Source of the DNA: Podarcis liolepis | Taxonomy: Eukaryota | Assembly (NCBI GenBank): GCA_965112155.1 | Contig: OZ218100.1 | Strand: one strand, 5' to 3' | DNA length: 64,000 nt | Shown here: piece by piece, positions 1 through 12,796 of the stretch | How positions within the stretch are numbered: position 1 is the stretch's first letter | Layout of the letters: every line of letters begins with the position of its first letter | Notes under the pieces: model-generated | Database searches by the model: none | Seen by the model: the letters and a program-made list of their open reading frames with translations, nothing else | What the model was told of the DNA's origin: nothing | Made by a program: the position numbers and the translations under genes

Positions 1-136
1 GCTTTCGAACTGCTAGGTTGGCAGGAGCAGGGACCAAGCAATGGGAGCTCACCCCTTTGTGAGGATTCGAACCGCCAACCTTCTGATCAGCAAGTCCTAG
101 GCTCTGTGGTTTAACCCACAGTGCCACCCGCGCCCC
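1..136 (-). mobile_element. Sauria SINE (Squam1/POMSINE type), 5' tRNA-related part, cut by the window edge
   Basis: Reverse complement starts GGGGCGCGGGTGGCACTGTGGGTTAAACCACAGAGCCTAGG...GGTTCGAATCC (A and B boxes)...CCTGCCAACCTAGCAGTTCGAAAGC, the recognisable Sauria SINE head. Confidence 0.9.
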
Positions 137-329
137 TTACAGTAATCACAACATCCCTGAGCCTGTTCTTACAAAACATTTTGAAGTCAGGTAGAAACAC
201 CCAAGTACAGAAAGAGATGAGCTATGCATCAAATATGAAAGGTAAAGGTCATTTCCCTACCACTGTTCCAGTGCATAAACACACATCAGAAGGAATCTGA
301 TCTGTATTAAGGAAGACCTGTTCCATGTA

Positions 330-571
330 CAGTGGTACCTCAGGTTACATACGCTTCAGGTTACATACACTTCAGGTTACACACTCCGCTAACCCAGAAA
401 TAGTGCTTCAGGTTAAGAACTTTGCTTCAGGATAAGAACAGAAATCGGGCTCCAGCGGCGCGGTAGCAGCAGGAGGCCCCATTAGCTAAAGTGGTGCTTC
501 AGGCTAAGAACAGTTTCAGGTTAAGAACGGACTTCCGGAATGAATTAAGTACTTAACCCGAGGTAGCACTG
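330..571 (+). mobile_element. Tc1/mariner (Tigger/pogo-like) MITE, 242 bp
   Basis: TIRs CAGTGGTACCTC(A/G)GGTTA...TAACCCGAGGTAGCACTG with TA TSDs at 328-329 and 572-573. A same-length near-identical copy is at 47988-48229. Confidence 0.92.
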
Positions 572-614
572 TATTCATACTTGGACACAAAGCTTCATAA
601 AAAGCAGCTAACTG

Positions 615-643
615 TACTACTACTACTACTACTACTACTACTA
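615..643. repeat. (CTA)n microsatellite
   Basis: Direct reading; it produces the poly-Val of ORF 516..728. Confidence 0.95.
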
Positions 644-1879
644 TACACTTATGTGCAGAAAACATGGCAGAAGATACCTGGAGTTCATTCAGTATATGTA
701 TAGAGCAACCCTTTACACATTTACTCAAAAATTGAGTCCCACTGCATTCAATAGGGCTTTCTTTCAGGTAGGTATGAATAGGGCTGCAGCAACAGAAACA
801 GAATGATTCTACTTGCTTTGTCTCTTATCACAAAAAATGTATTTTAATAATTATATCCCCTCAGACTGACAGGGCACTAAAAGTATCTTTCTGGTAATCA
901 TTTCCTTTCAATACTTGGATCCTCTTATGACCACTCTGTTGTGACACAAAAAATAATAACGTTGGTTTAGCTAGTATAACCTGTTGTAGCCATCATGTTA
1001 TATAGCTGCAAAATTAAACTTTTCCCCCACAGCTTGGGCCTAAAGAGATCTTATCTGACACGACGGCTATTACAAAGAAAAAAAGGGAGAACATTTTCTT
1101 TCTTTTTTTACCATAACCTATTACAGAGATAAAAAATGGTACAATCCAGATACAGATATATAAGTAGTTATTTTATTATGAGACTTCTTGCACGATAAGA
1201 GTTGACAAAGCAACATTTATGATGTGCACTAATAAATGGGCAGCTTTCTATTTGTAGAAGTACATTTTTGATGAAAACTTTATCTTCTAATATAATCTGC
1301 TGCTTTTCTAAAACTACCTTTTAATTTTGTATATATTTTAGGCAGTATTTTATTTTCTAGGCTGGTGACCAAACATGACCCAGCTTGCACCCCTCCCTCT
1401 CCTCCTTTAGACCTATTCCCATTCTTGCATTCATTTTGTCTCCTATACAGTTGCAGTTATGGACATCTTTTCAGCCAATCAGCATGTGTTATTTAATACC
1501 CCGAAGTAACAGGGCAGAGCTTTCCAACTCCTGGGAGCCAGTGGGAACATTCAGAATTTTGTGCTGTGGGTGCCATAAAATGGTTGCCATGGAGTGTGGC
1601 ACAGCACAAACTGCTGCCATGGGATATGTGGCAAAGCAAAACATGGGTGCTGTGGGTATGTGGCATAAGACAAAATGGCTGCCACACATAAAAGAGCAGA
1701 ATAATTAACAGGCCCACAAAATGGTGCAGGCACAGCACTCCCATCAATGGAAAAAAGCACCTACTGCCCTGCTTGCGCACAGAGAGCTCTTTGCACCTAT
1801 CCTGTGTTCAGAATGGAAGGGGTGGTGAGTGTATCATTTCTGGCACCCAATGAAATTTAGCCATGGGTTGTTTTCAATG

Positions 1880-2200
1880 TAGATACATTGTTGTACACAC
1901 TCTCCCCTAATTTGCACACATTATTTCAATAGAACACTGCATCACAAAATTTGGAGCAGTGTGAATCTCAGTTAGGTAGGTTCTTTAGGAAAGTGTGAAT
2001 TAGGCAGGTTCACATAGGGTTGCCATACGTCCAGAATTTTGGCAAAAATGTATGGCAGTCGCCCCCCCCCCCCCGCAAAAAAGTCCCCCCGCAAAAAAAA
2101 AGCTCAACATCTTTTGTGTCTTGAATTCTACTTTTAAAATATGGTAGCCCTAGGTTCACATTAAAACTAAATTTGAATCAAATTTCTCCCCCATCCCTAG
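1880..2200. mobile_element. Old hAT-like non-autonomous element remnant (ends ...ccccatccctag), host of the 2015-2152 MITE
   Basis: TAGGGATGGG-type terminus. The sequence rejoins across the duplicated ggttcaca. The left boundary is approximate. Confidence 0.5.
2015..2152. mobile_element. hAT (Blackjack-like) MITE, 138 bp
   Basis: TIRs TAGGGTTGCCATA / TATGGTAGCCCTA with a perfect 8-bp TSD ggttcaca (2007-2014, 2153-2160). Confidence 0.88.
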
Positions 2201-2738
2201 TTATGACTGACACTGTGGAAGAATAACGCAGGGTTGCTGGCTGCATTGTTTGGCTTGGTATGCTGTTTGGATCAAGACCACCCTTTGGCCACCTGAGGAA
2301 TCACTAGCCTTGTGACAACCATTTGGCTTCCCCAAAGGCCTGCATATGCCAGATGTACTCTCTGCCTGCAGTTCTGAAATAAGGTGTACGTGTCTGACAA
2401 GAAAGGGCATTTTTTAAGAGGTGCTAAGAAAGATTTCCACCAAACAACTCAAAACCTAAGATACCTTAGATGCTTAAGATACTGCTTATAGCTATTGCTT
2501 GTAAATTAGCATGAGATTATAAAAGCCTATTACTGGGCATGTAGAGGGACAGTATTTTTTCAGCAGCATCAAGCTATCCAATAGAGAGAATGCATGAGAT
2601 CCACAGATGCTATAAAGCAGCAGCCCACAGAACACACAAACATGGTTATTTTATACTGCAGAAAAGTAAACAAGGCTGAATTGGCTGAATTTTCTGAGCT
2701 TTTATACACCATCACTATGATATTAGAAGCCAGAAAAT

Positions 2739-2762
2739 TGTGTGTGTGTGTGTGTGTGTGTG
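2739..2762. repeat. (TG)n microsatellite
   Basis: Direct reading. Confidence 0.95.
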
Positions 2763-3089
2763 GCTGTTATTCAGAGATTATCACACAGCACTAAAATAAA
2801 AGCACTAAATACGCTCATCTTGTCCTTCCTTTGAAAAGCTTTCAGGAAAAATAATCACAACAAAAATAAATACATCAATTTTGTATCACAGGTACAACAT
2901 GTGGAAGATCCTAATTTGACACAGACCGAATTACAGCACAACAGGTAAGTAACTCGTTGCATTACTTGAAAATACTTGGGACTGTAGTAGTACAGAGAAC
3001 ACACAGGAAATGCTCCCTCAGTCCTTGTCCACATAAGCAAACTTTCAACGAAAGAAAAGAAAACATGTACATACCTCACAAAGATAGTA

Positions 3090-3683
3090 CCGTATTTTTT
3101 GCCCCATAGGACGCACTTTTTCCCCTCCAAAAATGAAGGGGAAATCTGGGTGTGTCCTATGGGGCGAATGCAGGCTTTCGCTGAAGCCTGGAGAGCGAGA
3201 GGAGTCGGTGCGCACCGACCCCTCTCGCTCTCCAGGCTTCAGGAAGCTCTGCGCAACCCTCAGGAGACCGGCTCCGAGGGTTGCGCAGAGCTGCCTGCAG
3301 TCCCCGGCTCAGCACAGCTCTGCGCGGCCATCGGGAGCGGGGCGCTAAGTCCCGCCCTGCTCCGGATAGCGGCGCAGAGCTGCCTGCAGTCCCGGGATCA
3401 GCGCAGCTCTGCGCGGCCACCGGGAGCCGGGGGCGAAGCCCCACCCCGCTCCTGATGGCGGCGCAGAGCTGCCTGCAGTCCCGGGATCAGCGCACTTCTC
3501 CCCATCGCCAGCCACACAAGCTCGGGGGACAGTGGGGAGGCAGAGCGTGCCTTCCCACTGTTCCCCGTCCTGGTTCTTCCAGCCCCGCACCTGGGGTAGA
3601 AATAATTTTTTCCCCTTTATTTCCCCCCCAAAAAACTAGGTGCGTCCTATGGGCCGGAGCGTCCTATGGGGCGCAAAATACGG
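3090..3683. mobile_element. Tc1/mariner Tc2(Kanga)-like non-autonomous element, 594 bp, CpG-rich interior
   Basis: TIRs CCGTATTTTTTGCCCCATAGGACGC / GCGTCCTATGGGGCGCAAAATACGG with TA TSDs (3088-3089, 3684-3685). Internal tandem and palindromic GC-rich repeats. Confidence 0.9.
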
Positions 3684-6084
3684 TACTTCACTTTCTTTTA
3701 TGAAGTAAAAGCTACAAGGGAAGAATGGCAAACAGAGGGGTCAGCGGCCTGAAGGAATATGGTCTGACAGGTCCAGTTGCTGTTCGTAATATTTGCATTT
3801 TGCAAAAAAGGAGGACGAACTCCCTGGTTTTGGTAGCATTTGGAAATTAAATATCAACACTATAATTTTTATTAACTAGAAAGCATCCAGTGTGAAACTA
3901 GTAGCCAGCATGGAACTACCTGAGTATACTAGCATCCCATCACTTTGGTATTTGGAGGTGACTGCATTGGGAGGAAGTGAGCATCAGAAGTGTCTCACAG
4001 TTGTCCAGCAGTTGGTATTGTTAAGTAAGGTTTTAAACTCCTATAACTCTGGCTGGAGTCACTGTAAACCAGTGGGAAGCAATGTGATCCTCGGTCTAAT
4101 TTTGTGAGACAGCTTGAGCCTAAATTTAAAAGTCTGGTAAGAGCTTTAATTTGTTCCTTTCCTGGTAGTCCACTGGATAAGAAAGGAAGAGAGAGGTAGA
4201 TAGAAGAGGAAGGTAGGAAGGTAGGAATGAAGGGAGGGAGGGAAGGAAGGAGGCAAAAAGGTGGCAGTTTTGGCTCTGGCCCTACCCATCACTAGCCTTG
4301 TCTCAACCAATAGTTACCATCTGAGCCTTGAGAGATTACTCTCAAAGGAATGTGGTCCTCACAGAAAAAAGATTACCCATCCTCGCTGTTTGCCCTGGCG
4401 CCATGTCAAATGTATCTGTCCTGTTTTAAATGAGAAGTGGCTGTTACAGAGAAGGGTTGTTCTGATTGCTAAAAAGTGGGTCTCTCTGTGATGTCAACAG
4501 ACACCTCTGGGTTAAGATATGAGCTGAACAGAATGTATGACCCATAGCTCCCAAGTAGCCATATCAACCTAGAATCAAACCAAATGTTTAAAGTAGAGCA
4601 TGTGAATCTCCTGGGTCTGTACTACAGATTGCAGCTACATGTTTTAATACATTCCCACACCCTGCCCCAAGTAAACTTGCTTTCACATAAAACAGCACCT
4701 GTGCCAGTCGTCACATGTAAAAACCTGAAGCTTGGTTTGTTTGAAAATTCCCTTTATGGCTATTTGGGGGGGTATCGGAAGCAGTGAAAGGATGTTGCTC
4801 TTGAATAAAATCCATTTCAGTATGTACTTCGGTGTACAAGTCACATAATGAAACAACTTAGACACTGACCTTTAAGGTAACTGTGTATGGAACATCTTCA
4901 TACACAGAACAAAACAAAACACATTTCAGTTTTTTATACTATCAATGAACCACAAGGATTTCATCTTTGTGAGACTGACTCAGCAGAGGAATTTTCCCAA
5001 GACAGACATACAAATGTGTTGTACAAGCTTACTGCTGTGAGATTACAAACAAGTGAACCTCAGGAGGTTTTTGCAAACTTTAAGAGACTAACTGTGGTTT
5101 ACAAAAGTAGGCTGCAATTCACTCTTTACTGTGCTTTGCACCAATATAGTCCTCCAAGGGCTATTCAATTTTTCAAAATGTTGTTGAAGGGCCTTCTGAT
5201 CATTTGTCTCCAGGAGCTAAATCAAAACTCCCCACTGGCATCCTTATGCATTCATCCAATTGTTTCCTTAACATAAAAAAACAAAAAGAGCTATGTGTTT
5301 AATTTGATATGTTCTCTCACTTTTGGGTATATTGGTTTTCTCACTGGCACTCCTGTAGCTGGGAAAAAATCTCCCGAACAGACCATGAATAGGAAATACT
5401 GCCGACTTACAAAATTAAATGAGAGGATTGGATTATGTCACTTTCTCATTTAAATTACGGGAAGAAATTCGCACTACGGAGGTGATGAATGCAATTCCAG
5501 GGGTTAGCCTGCAAACAAACATGCTTTCAAATGTGGCTGCTGGAGGTCTTCATTTGAACTTGCCATGGCCTATCCTGAACTGTAAACAGCATTGTTCAAC
5601 CTCTTTTAATTTACAGCATCAGTAGGAAGTTTGGACTAGTAGTGGCAATTCTTCCCTGTGAGGGTGGTGGGCCCATTCGGGCAGCCTGCCCTCAGAGACT
5701 GATGGAGCCTGACATGCTGCTTTCTTCACCTTGAGTGACAGTGCTGTGTATCCAAAGCTGACTAGTTAAGTAACGCTGTGAGATCATTGCCCCATGAGAT
5801 TCCTGATTGGATCAGGCAGTGGGGGAGAGAAAATGGCATGTTAAAAGCAGTTGAAGGACAGGGGAAGTGGCTATAAACAGCCATGAGAAACTGAAAAAGG
5901 CTTCCCCCCCAGGGGGTGAAACCTTTTCATCTTAAAAAATAAAACATGGGCAAAAATATGGCCTAACCCTAGGACCAATTTTAACATGCTTATACTCTGC
6001 CCATGGTAGTCTGCTGGCAGATTTAAAACAACTGAAGATCTGTCTCATAACTGCTCTTGTGGCATAGGAAGAATGACATTTATA

Positions 6085-6235
6085 AGAAGCTGCCTTATAC
6101 AGAGTCAGATCAACAATCTTTCTAGTTAGATAATACCTATAGAGACTGGCAGCAATTCTCTAGGGTTTCAGACGGGGAATCTTTCCCAGTCATACCTGGA
6201 GATGCTGAGGACTGAATCTGGGACCATCTACATTT
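6085..6235 (-). mobile_element. Squam2-like tRNA-derived SINE, degraded
   Basis: Reverse-complement similarity to the copies at 12797-12965 and 60703-60888 (ggcatctccaggt...cctgaaaccctggagagc...gactctgtataaggcagcttc). Confidence 0.7.
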
Positions 6236-7524
6236 AAAGCTGAAAGCAAGTTGGATCAGTCCCATTCAATAATCTGACTGCCTTGGTGTTTTATCTGTCC
6301 AAGTACCAACATGACTGACACTTGTCCATAGATACCAGAAAAGGTTAAAAACCTCTGAAAATGCGTAAGGTGTAAGAAGCTTTGCTGCTTGAAGCCAAGT
6401 GTCTGGTTTTCACATTCGTATTCCTTACTAATTGTTTTTGATATAAAACAACAGCAGGGATCCTTTCAGCCAGAATGTTGCTTGTCATTTATGCTAGACA
6501 GTACGGCTTCTGTCTCTTCATTTCTTTGAAAGCTTAAAGGCAGCCGAGGGAAGAATTTGCTTACTTCTTACTCTCGCAAGCACCAAGCTATAGCAGATAA
6601 GGCTAAAATATTTGACGGAGGGACCATGGAAGCGGTGCCTTATTTTTGACATTTAATTCATTGAAAAAATATGGATTAATGATCACAAAGCATCTTAACC
6701 AAAGGTACAGAACATAGGGATGAGCAGCTGTTTGGATGTCTTCCTTGGCTGCAAATCCTACCTTCTGCAGCCGTGCTTGATGCCCATAGATGATCTCTTG
6801 GCTGTCTCTGAGTATGGAGTTGGAATGGAGCGGTGCCATATGAACACATGCGCTGTCTAAATTACTTGGCACCTCACCCCAAACAAAACTATCCAAGTGA
6901 CCATAGATTTAGACAGGCAGCATATATAAAATTGAAAATGTTGGCTTCTCAGTAGAAAACTTGGTCCTTTGTGGCAAGGATGAAAAATTGACTTTGTGGG
7001 CATTGCTGAGTGTGTTTGCACCTGTTGGCATTTAGACAGTAAAGTAACAACAACTGCTTTCTGTGCAGTTTCAGAATGATGGGCAAAACAGGTTTCATCT
7101 TACCACAACCTTCTGTAGCGTGTTGCATGTGTAGATCTTGAAGGTAATTTTTAACATGTAAACAAACAAATGCCATTCTTAGAGCGGATGCACACATTTA
7201 GTGTTGACTGATCAGACACATGGAATAAAGTCCCACTTGCACTAGCTTCTGAAAACAAAGAATAGATTGAGTTTCCTGCACTGTGAATGTTCCAGTATGT
7301 TTTTTGGTCCCATTTTGTTGTGCTGTGGTGCAAGAGTGTCCCTCCAAATTGGGGAAGCATTGCAGGACAACTAATAAAGCCAAATGGTGTGTGGATGGTC
7401 CGTTATAAATCTGTCACTAATGCACCACTATTGAATCAATTACATGTTGCAGAATCCACTGGCAAAAAAACCACCACTCAGGAGGGACTTAGGTCATGCT
7501 TGTGAATTTCTTATAGGCCACTAA

Positions 7525-7590
7525 GAAAACAGGAAGCTAAACTACATAAGACCTCTGGCCTGATCCAGCAGGGCTCTTCTTATGTTCTTG
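7525..7590 (+). mobile_element. CR1 LINE 3' terminus fragment
   Basis: ...ctggcctgatccagcagggctcttcttatgttct is the squamate CR1 3' end. Related pieces occur at ~10210-10305 and ~57115-57220. Confidence 0.6.
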
Positions 7591-8298
7591 TTCTTTGGTT
7601 TGCTACAACCCCTTGGGTTCTGATGGATTATCCTTCCTTTAGAGGCCAGAATAGGCAAAGAGGAACCGGATTACATGTGTTTCTTCCCTCGCTAGAGGAT
7701 AACGTATGACTAATCCCCAGACCTCCTTTTGAATCAGGAAGGAGGGTGGCAGACTCCTTGTTATCTCCCACCAGCCTTATTAAGTGTTCAGAAAACAAGA
7801 GTGTTTCCTACTCTTAACCTAGGACCTTGCAAACCTTCCAAGGAGATGATCTGAGAGCAGCATGTCTTCATTCACATGCACAACACCTCAGTCACAGCCT
7901 ACATCAACTAGCGGAGAACAATAACACCCTTGTCCTTGCATCAGAAGTCTGCGCAGAAGAGAATATGGTTCATTATTCAAGTAGGGGACCAAAGGCTAAA
8001 GAATTGCCTTCTGACATCATGAGAAAAATGACATTGCTTCTACAGCAGGAAGGAGAGATGAGAAAGAGCCCATGTGTCACAAAGGATTAAATGCAAGGGA
8101 TTAAAAGCAACCTTTGACCAAGGTTCTTATTCCAACTCAGCCATCAACCTAGCACTCATGCCCAAACACGCACATGGAAACAACAGCCTGTGTACACATC
8201 AAAGCCCTAGCACTTGACACAGACACAAAGTCACATCAGAACTCAGCAGACAAGTTCAGTTTTACATTTCCAAGTTGGGGGACTTTTTTAATGACACA

Positions 8299-8766
8299 TT
8301 TATTTGTTTCTATCCTGCCTTGCCTCCAAGGAGATCAAAGCAACATGTCTTCCCAACATGAGAGCCAGTGTGGTGTAGTGGTTAAGAGCGGTAGTCTCGT
8401 AATCTGGGGAACCGGGTTCGCGTCTCCGCTCCTCCACATGCAGCTGCTGGGTGACCTTGGGCCAGTCACACTTCTTTGAAGTCTCTCAGCCCCACTCACC
8501 TCACAGAGTGTTTGTTGTGGGGGAGGAAGGGGAAGGAGAATGTTAGCTGCTTTGAGACTTCTTCGGGTAGTGATAAAGCGGGATATCAAATCCAAACTCT
8601 TCTTCTTCTTCTTCCCTTCCTCAGTTTTATCATCACAGCAATCTTATGAAATAGGTTAAGCTAAGACGCAGTGACTGGCTCAAAGTCACCCAGAGAGCTT
8701 TTTGGCTGACTGAGGATTTGAATCTGTACCTTTTCAATCCTAGACCAACACTCTAGCCATACTACA
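8299..8766 (-). mobile_element. Older MIR-like/tRNA SINE, interrupted by the 8360-8614 SINE
   Basis: Tail tttatttgtttctatcctgcc on the left. The body continues after 8614 (catcacagcaatcttatgaaataggttaagct...gtgactggctcaaagtcacccag...ggatttgaatc...cactctagccatactaca). Confidence 0.65.
8360..8614 (+). mobile_element. Squam3-type SINE, full length and young
   Basis: GAGAGCCAGTGTGGTGTAGTGGTTAAGAGC (A box), GGGTTCGCGTCTCC (B box), gctgggtgaccttgggccagtcac core, (TCT)n tail. CpGs are retained. Confidence 0.88.
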
Positions 8767-10557
8767 TTTGTTACACAGGGAAGGGGGAAAAATGCTTTCC
8801 CCTGGAAAATCTGGTCATGCGGAAGAAACAAAATAGCTATGAGACTTTAAATCTTCTCTGGCTTGCAGAAAAGAAAAACAAATCTGCGAGGGCTCAAGAA
8901 AATCTCCCACAGTTTTCTCCACTTTGGAGGAAGTGATTAAGGGCGACTATGAGAAGCAATGGTTCTGATACTGTGTATAAAAGCTGTCCAAGCCAAGCAG
9001 CAGAAGACCCACTGAACTGTGTCACAGGTAGCTGCTTATTAGTCACACAGTGATCAATTCTGAGAGTGCTAGAAATACAGAGGAATTAGCGTGTGTATTC
9101 TCTCCACCACCCTCCTCCCTGACTCTAACTGGGGCAATCCATAATTACAATGAAATGAAATCATGCTTCACAGTTTCACATCAGCTGCGAGGAAGCTTGC
9201 CTAGCTGCTCTTGCTTTGTTGGATTTGTTTAAAGAATACACACCACTGAACAGAGGAACCTCCCGACAAAATGTAAAAACTGAAGAGTAAACTTATAAGA
9301 AGGAAAAACATTAGGTAAGCCGAGGTGAACTGACTAATACAAACTGCACATTTAACTCTAATTAAGTGGCAAGGCACAAAAGGAGGGGGGAACACATTAG
9401 GCCTGTCTGTTAATTAACTTGGATGATGCCAGAGAGCAAAGTAACCTGAAGAAAAGCCAGAAACGCTCAATAAACCAATGCAGTTAATTATTAGAGAGCA
9501 GTGGCCCTTTTGGCACATTTCAGCTACAACAGGGTACAATTTCAAGCCATATTATATATGTATATTAGGTATACATATACACAAGCACAGCAAAACACAC
9601 TGAGTATACCACATGAGGATTATCTAGCTGAATGGCTGACAGGCCCAATCCCCCATGACAGGGACAAAAGTGGGTGACTGGAATAAATCCGCAACTGCCG
9701 CCGTTTCTCCAGTCAGTTTCCCTGTAGCAGCAGAATCATTGAGGATTTTTGCTGTGCACCATTACTCTTCTGGGCCAGAACCTGGGACAAATGTCCCCTT
9801 CATTCACTGGAGGGTACAACCTTACCTGTGGCTTAGGGTGATCATGCAATGAAATAGCATAAGCTTACTTCTGTTACCTCAACATAGCTGACCCAGAAGC
9901 CAGTGTCTGCATGTACCCCCCACAGCTAAATGAGGAAACGCAACTGTTGGGAAATGGAATAATAATAATGATCATAGGTGGTATTTGGAAACAGTTACTC
10001 CAGCATAAAGATTACCACCCATGCAACAGGATTTCCCCTCCGTGCCATCCTCAAATCTGCTCTAGCAGACTGGGGTGAACCTCAGAACAATATTGGGGGG
10101 AGTGAGGAGAGGGGAGGGGAATATTGTTCCATCATGCAAAGAGAAGTCCTTGTGCTGATGGAACAATTGCTTAATGCAATGTTAATCTGGATCTGTAACA
10201 AAATGTTGCCATGTAACATTTGGTTCAGGAGGCATCTGGCTGGACACCACAAGAACATGCTGAACTAGATGGTGTTTTGCTATGTTCCAGCAGTGATCTT
10301 CTGACCACAGAAGTCACCTATTCCAACCTGCTGCTGAGATGCAATGCTGAAACACCCCTGACTTCCAATGAAGGGTACAAGAACCTGCTTTATATTAGAT
10401 CTCTAACACACCTACTCCAGTCTCATCCCTAAAGAGATATGGTTCTGAAGGGCTTCTCCTATGCTTGCCACATGAAAGGCATTTTTTTTTCATAGTTAAG
10501 ATGCCCAGAGCTGAACCTGGGACTTCATGCATTCAAAGGCAAGGTCATACATAGATA

Positions 10558-10885
10558 CAGTGGTGCCTCGCAAGACAAAAATAATCCATTCCACGAGTCT
10601 CTTCGTCTAGCAGTTTTTTCGTCTTGCAAAGCAACCCTATTAGCGGATTAGCGCTATTAGCGGCTATTAAAGGCTTAGCGGCTTAGCGGCTAAAAGGCTA
10701 TTAGCGGCTTAGCGGCTTAGAAAAAGGGGGGGAGCGAAAAAAATCGCAAGACTCGCAAGACGTTTTCGTCTTGCGAAGCAAGCCCATAGGGAAATTTGTC
10801 TTGCGAAGCGCATCGAAAAACGGAAAACCCTTTCGTCTAGCGGGTTTTTCGTCTTGCGAGGCATTCGTCTTGCGGGGCACCACTG
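10558..10885. mobile_element. Tc1/mariner (Tigger-like) MITE, 328 bp, with internal (TTAGCGGC)n repeats
   Basis: TIRs CAGTGGTGCCTCGCAAGAC / GTCTTGCGGGGCACCACTG with TA TSDs (10556-10557, 10886-10887). Confidence 0.92.
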
Positions 10886-12120
10886 TACAATTATTATGCA
10901 GACCTTCCCTATGTATATGGAGCCCCTTGGCGTTCAGTGCCACATGGATCCAATAATGTGCTTTGACTTTTTTTTGGGGGGGGGGATAGGGATATTATTT
11001 GTGGGGAAACTTGTCCGATAAAGTTATCAGTCATTGCAGAGTTATTTGTTACATACCAGAAGTGGCCTTAATAGTGCCAGTTTTCCACACACTGAAGACC
11101 TTCTTGGCTGAAGAAACAAGAGGGATCTTCTTTATAGTGCAGTTGAATTGAGGGTATTTTGGTATTTGAGAAATAAGAGAGCACATTGAGAGTATAACCC
11201 AAACAAACAAGGGATTCAGTTTCGTTTCCTGAGCAAAATGAGACAAGGGCCATAAGGGTGGCTTTAAAGGAAGATTGAGTCCCTGAGTCCCTGATATGCA
11301 GCGATGTTGCAAAGCATTTGTGAGTTTGTCCGGAATATTTGACAAATGATTTATTTGAAAATATGCCAACTTTCTGATATGCCAGTCCCAGAGATATGCA
11401 TAGCTATGACAGTGCTCAAGAAAGCCCCACACCAATGTAGCGATAGGAGTCTCCTGGGCATTGGCAGGTAGGACGAGTAAGCTGTGCTCTGCTGCCTCTC
11501 AGTCCTAAAAGGTCCGTGCTCAAATATTAGGCATGCATTGCTCTGGCAGCATGATTTAACCCAAGTGGCTTTAGAATAAATTTGAATAATCCACAGTTCT
11601 GACAAGAGAGGTTTGAATTATTATTGGACCTCTGAACATTGTTTATCCTCTGCCATAGATGTCTGTCAACCTTAGATAGTTTCATCTTAATTTCAAAGGA
11701 GGAATGTGCAAGATATCCCTCCCATTTGTTATTTAATTTATTTTTTGTTAATTTAAAACCCCCCAAACCTCATCACTTTCAGTATACACTGGTTCAAATG
11801 TAATATATTTCAGTACCTTGTTTCAACTCCATTTTATTACTCACATTTGTTACCGGTTTTTCACTTTTTGACGCTGTGACAGCAACTGAGCTGACCAGCA
11901 GCCCCCTGGTAGCTGCCATGTTCCACACAGGATGCCTGAGATATTGCACCATTTGAAGACATTCTAAAGGGGGAATAGTGGCACCACCACCAGCAGCTAT
12001 TTCTTCTTTGGAATTCTGGGAGAAATGTCTACCACCAGCAGCAGCCACCAATTCACTTCCTGCTGACACCATCAGAGATTAAATAAGACCCTTCAGCCAC
12101 TCTAAATGGGTGTGAATGAG

Positions 12121-12258
12121 CAGTGCTATTTTTCTAGAAAAAGAGGTGCCGTAACTCACCATGAACACCTCCCTCATTCTCTTAGAATGGCAATGGCGCC
12201 CACCTGAGAGGTGCCGGAACTGATTTCTGGTCAGTTCTGACTGGAAAAGAAAGCCCTG
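12121..12258. mobile_element. hAT (Tip100-like) MITE, 138 bp
   Basis: Ends CAGTGCTATTTTTC / GAAAAGAAAGCCCTG. 8-bp TSD tgaatgag (12113-12120) / tgagtgag (12259-12266), one mismatch. Confidence 0.8.
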
Positions 12259-12796
12259 TGAGTGAGGAACAAATGGATATGAATCGGAGTCACCATTTGT
12301 TTCTCTCTATATTCACTGTTAAGAATAAATATAACTGGAACTGAACTGGACCCATTTGGTTCATTTTCTTCTTTTGTTCTGGAATGAATGAACACCCTAT
12401 ATAACATGGAGTACACCCATCATTCTTCGATCCTTTCATATCTTCAAGCTGGCGCCACATCATTATCATCATTTCCCATCTGCTTTGCAGAGTACAGCTC
12501 GTAAGTACAGTTCTTAGTGGGGAGTATTTTTATGTCATTTTGTATATGACAGGTGGGAAGAAAAAGTTTACATTTCCCACCAAGTTACAGTTAGGGGTCC
12601 CGAATGATTCTCCCCATATTATTTGCCAGAACAAAGTGACTGTTTTCTACAGAGGAAGAGCTTCCTTATCACAGCAGCTGGAAAGTAAACTGCTATGACA
12701 CGACTGTTGACAAATATCTGAAATAAATTAATGGACTGGGCTTTTGGATTTCTTCAAATGATGCCACAAAGTAAGTGGTGGGGAGGGATGCAGCTA

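Noticed and set aside
3099-3703. Overlapping GC-rich ORFs and an apparent CpG island/promoter
   Set aside because: Essentially confined to a TIR/TA-flanked MITE. GC-rich repeats simply lack stop codons.
8360-8435. tRNA gene-like A/B boxes (also at 1-136, 12797, 60703)
   Set aside because: These are SINE heads that continue into SINE bodies and tails, with no complete cloverleaf.
10640-10720. Short repeat array suggestive of CRISPR or telomeric repeats
   Set aside because: Units are 8 bp with no unique spacers and are not TTAGGG. They lie inside a MITE in vertebrate DNA.
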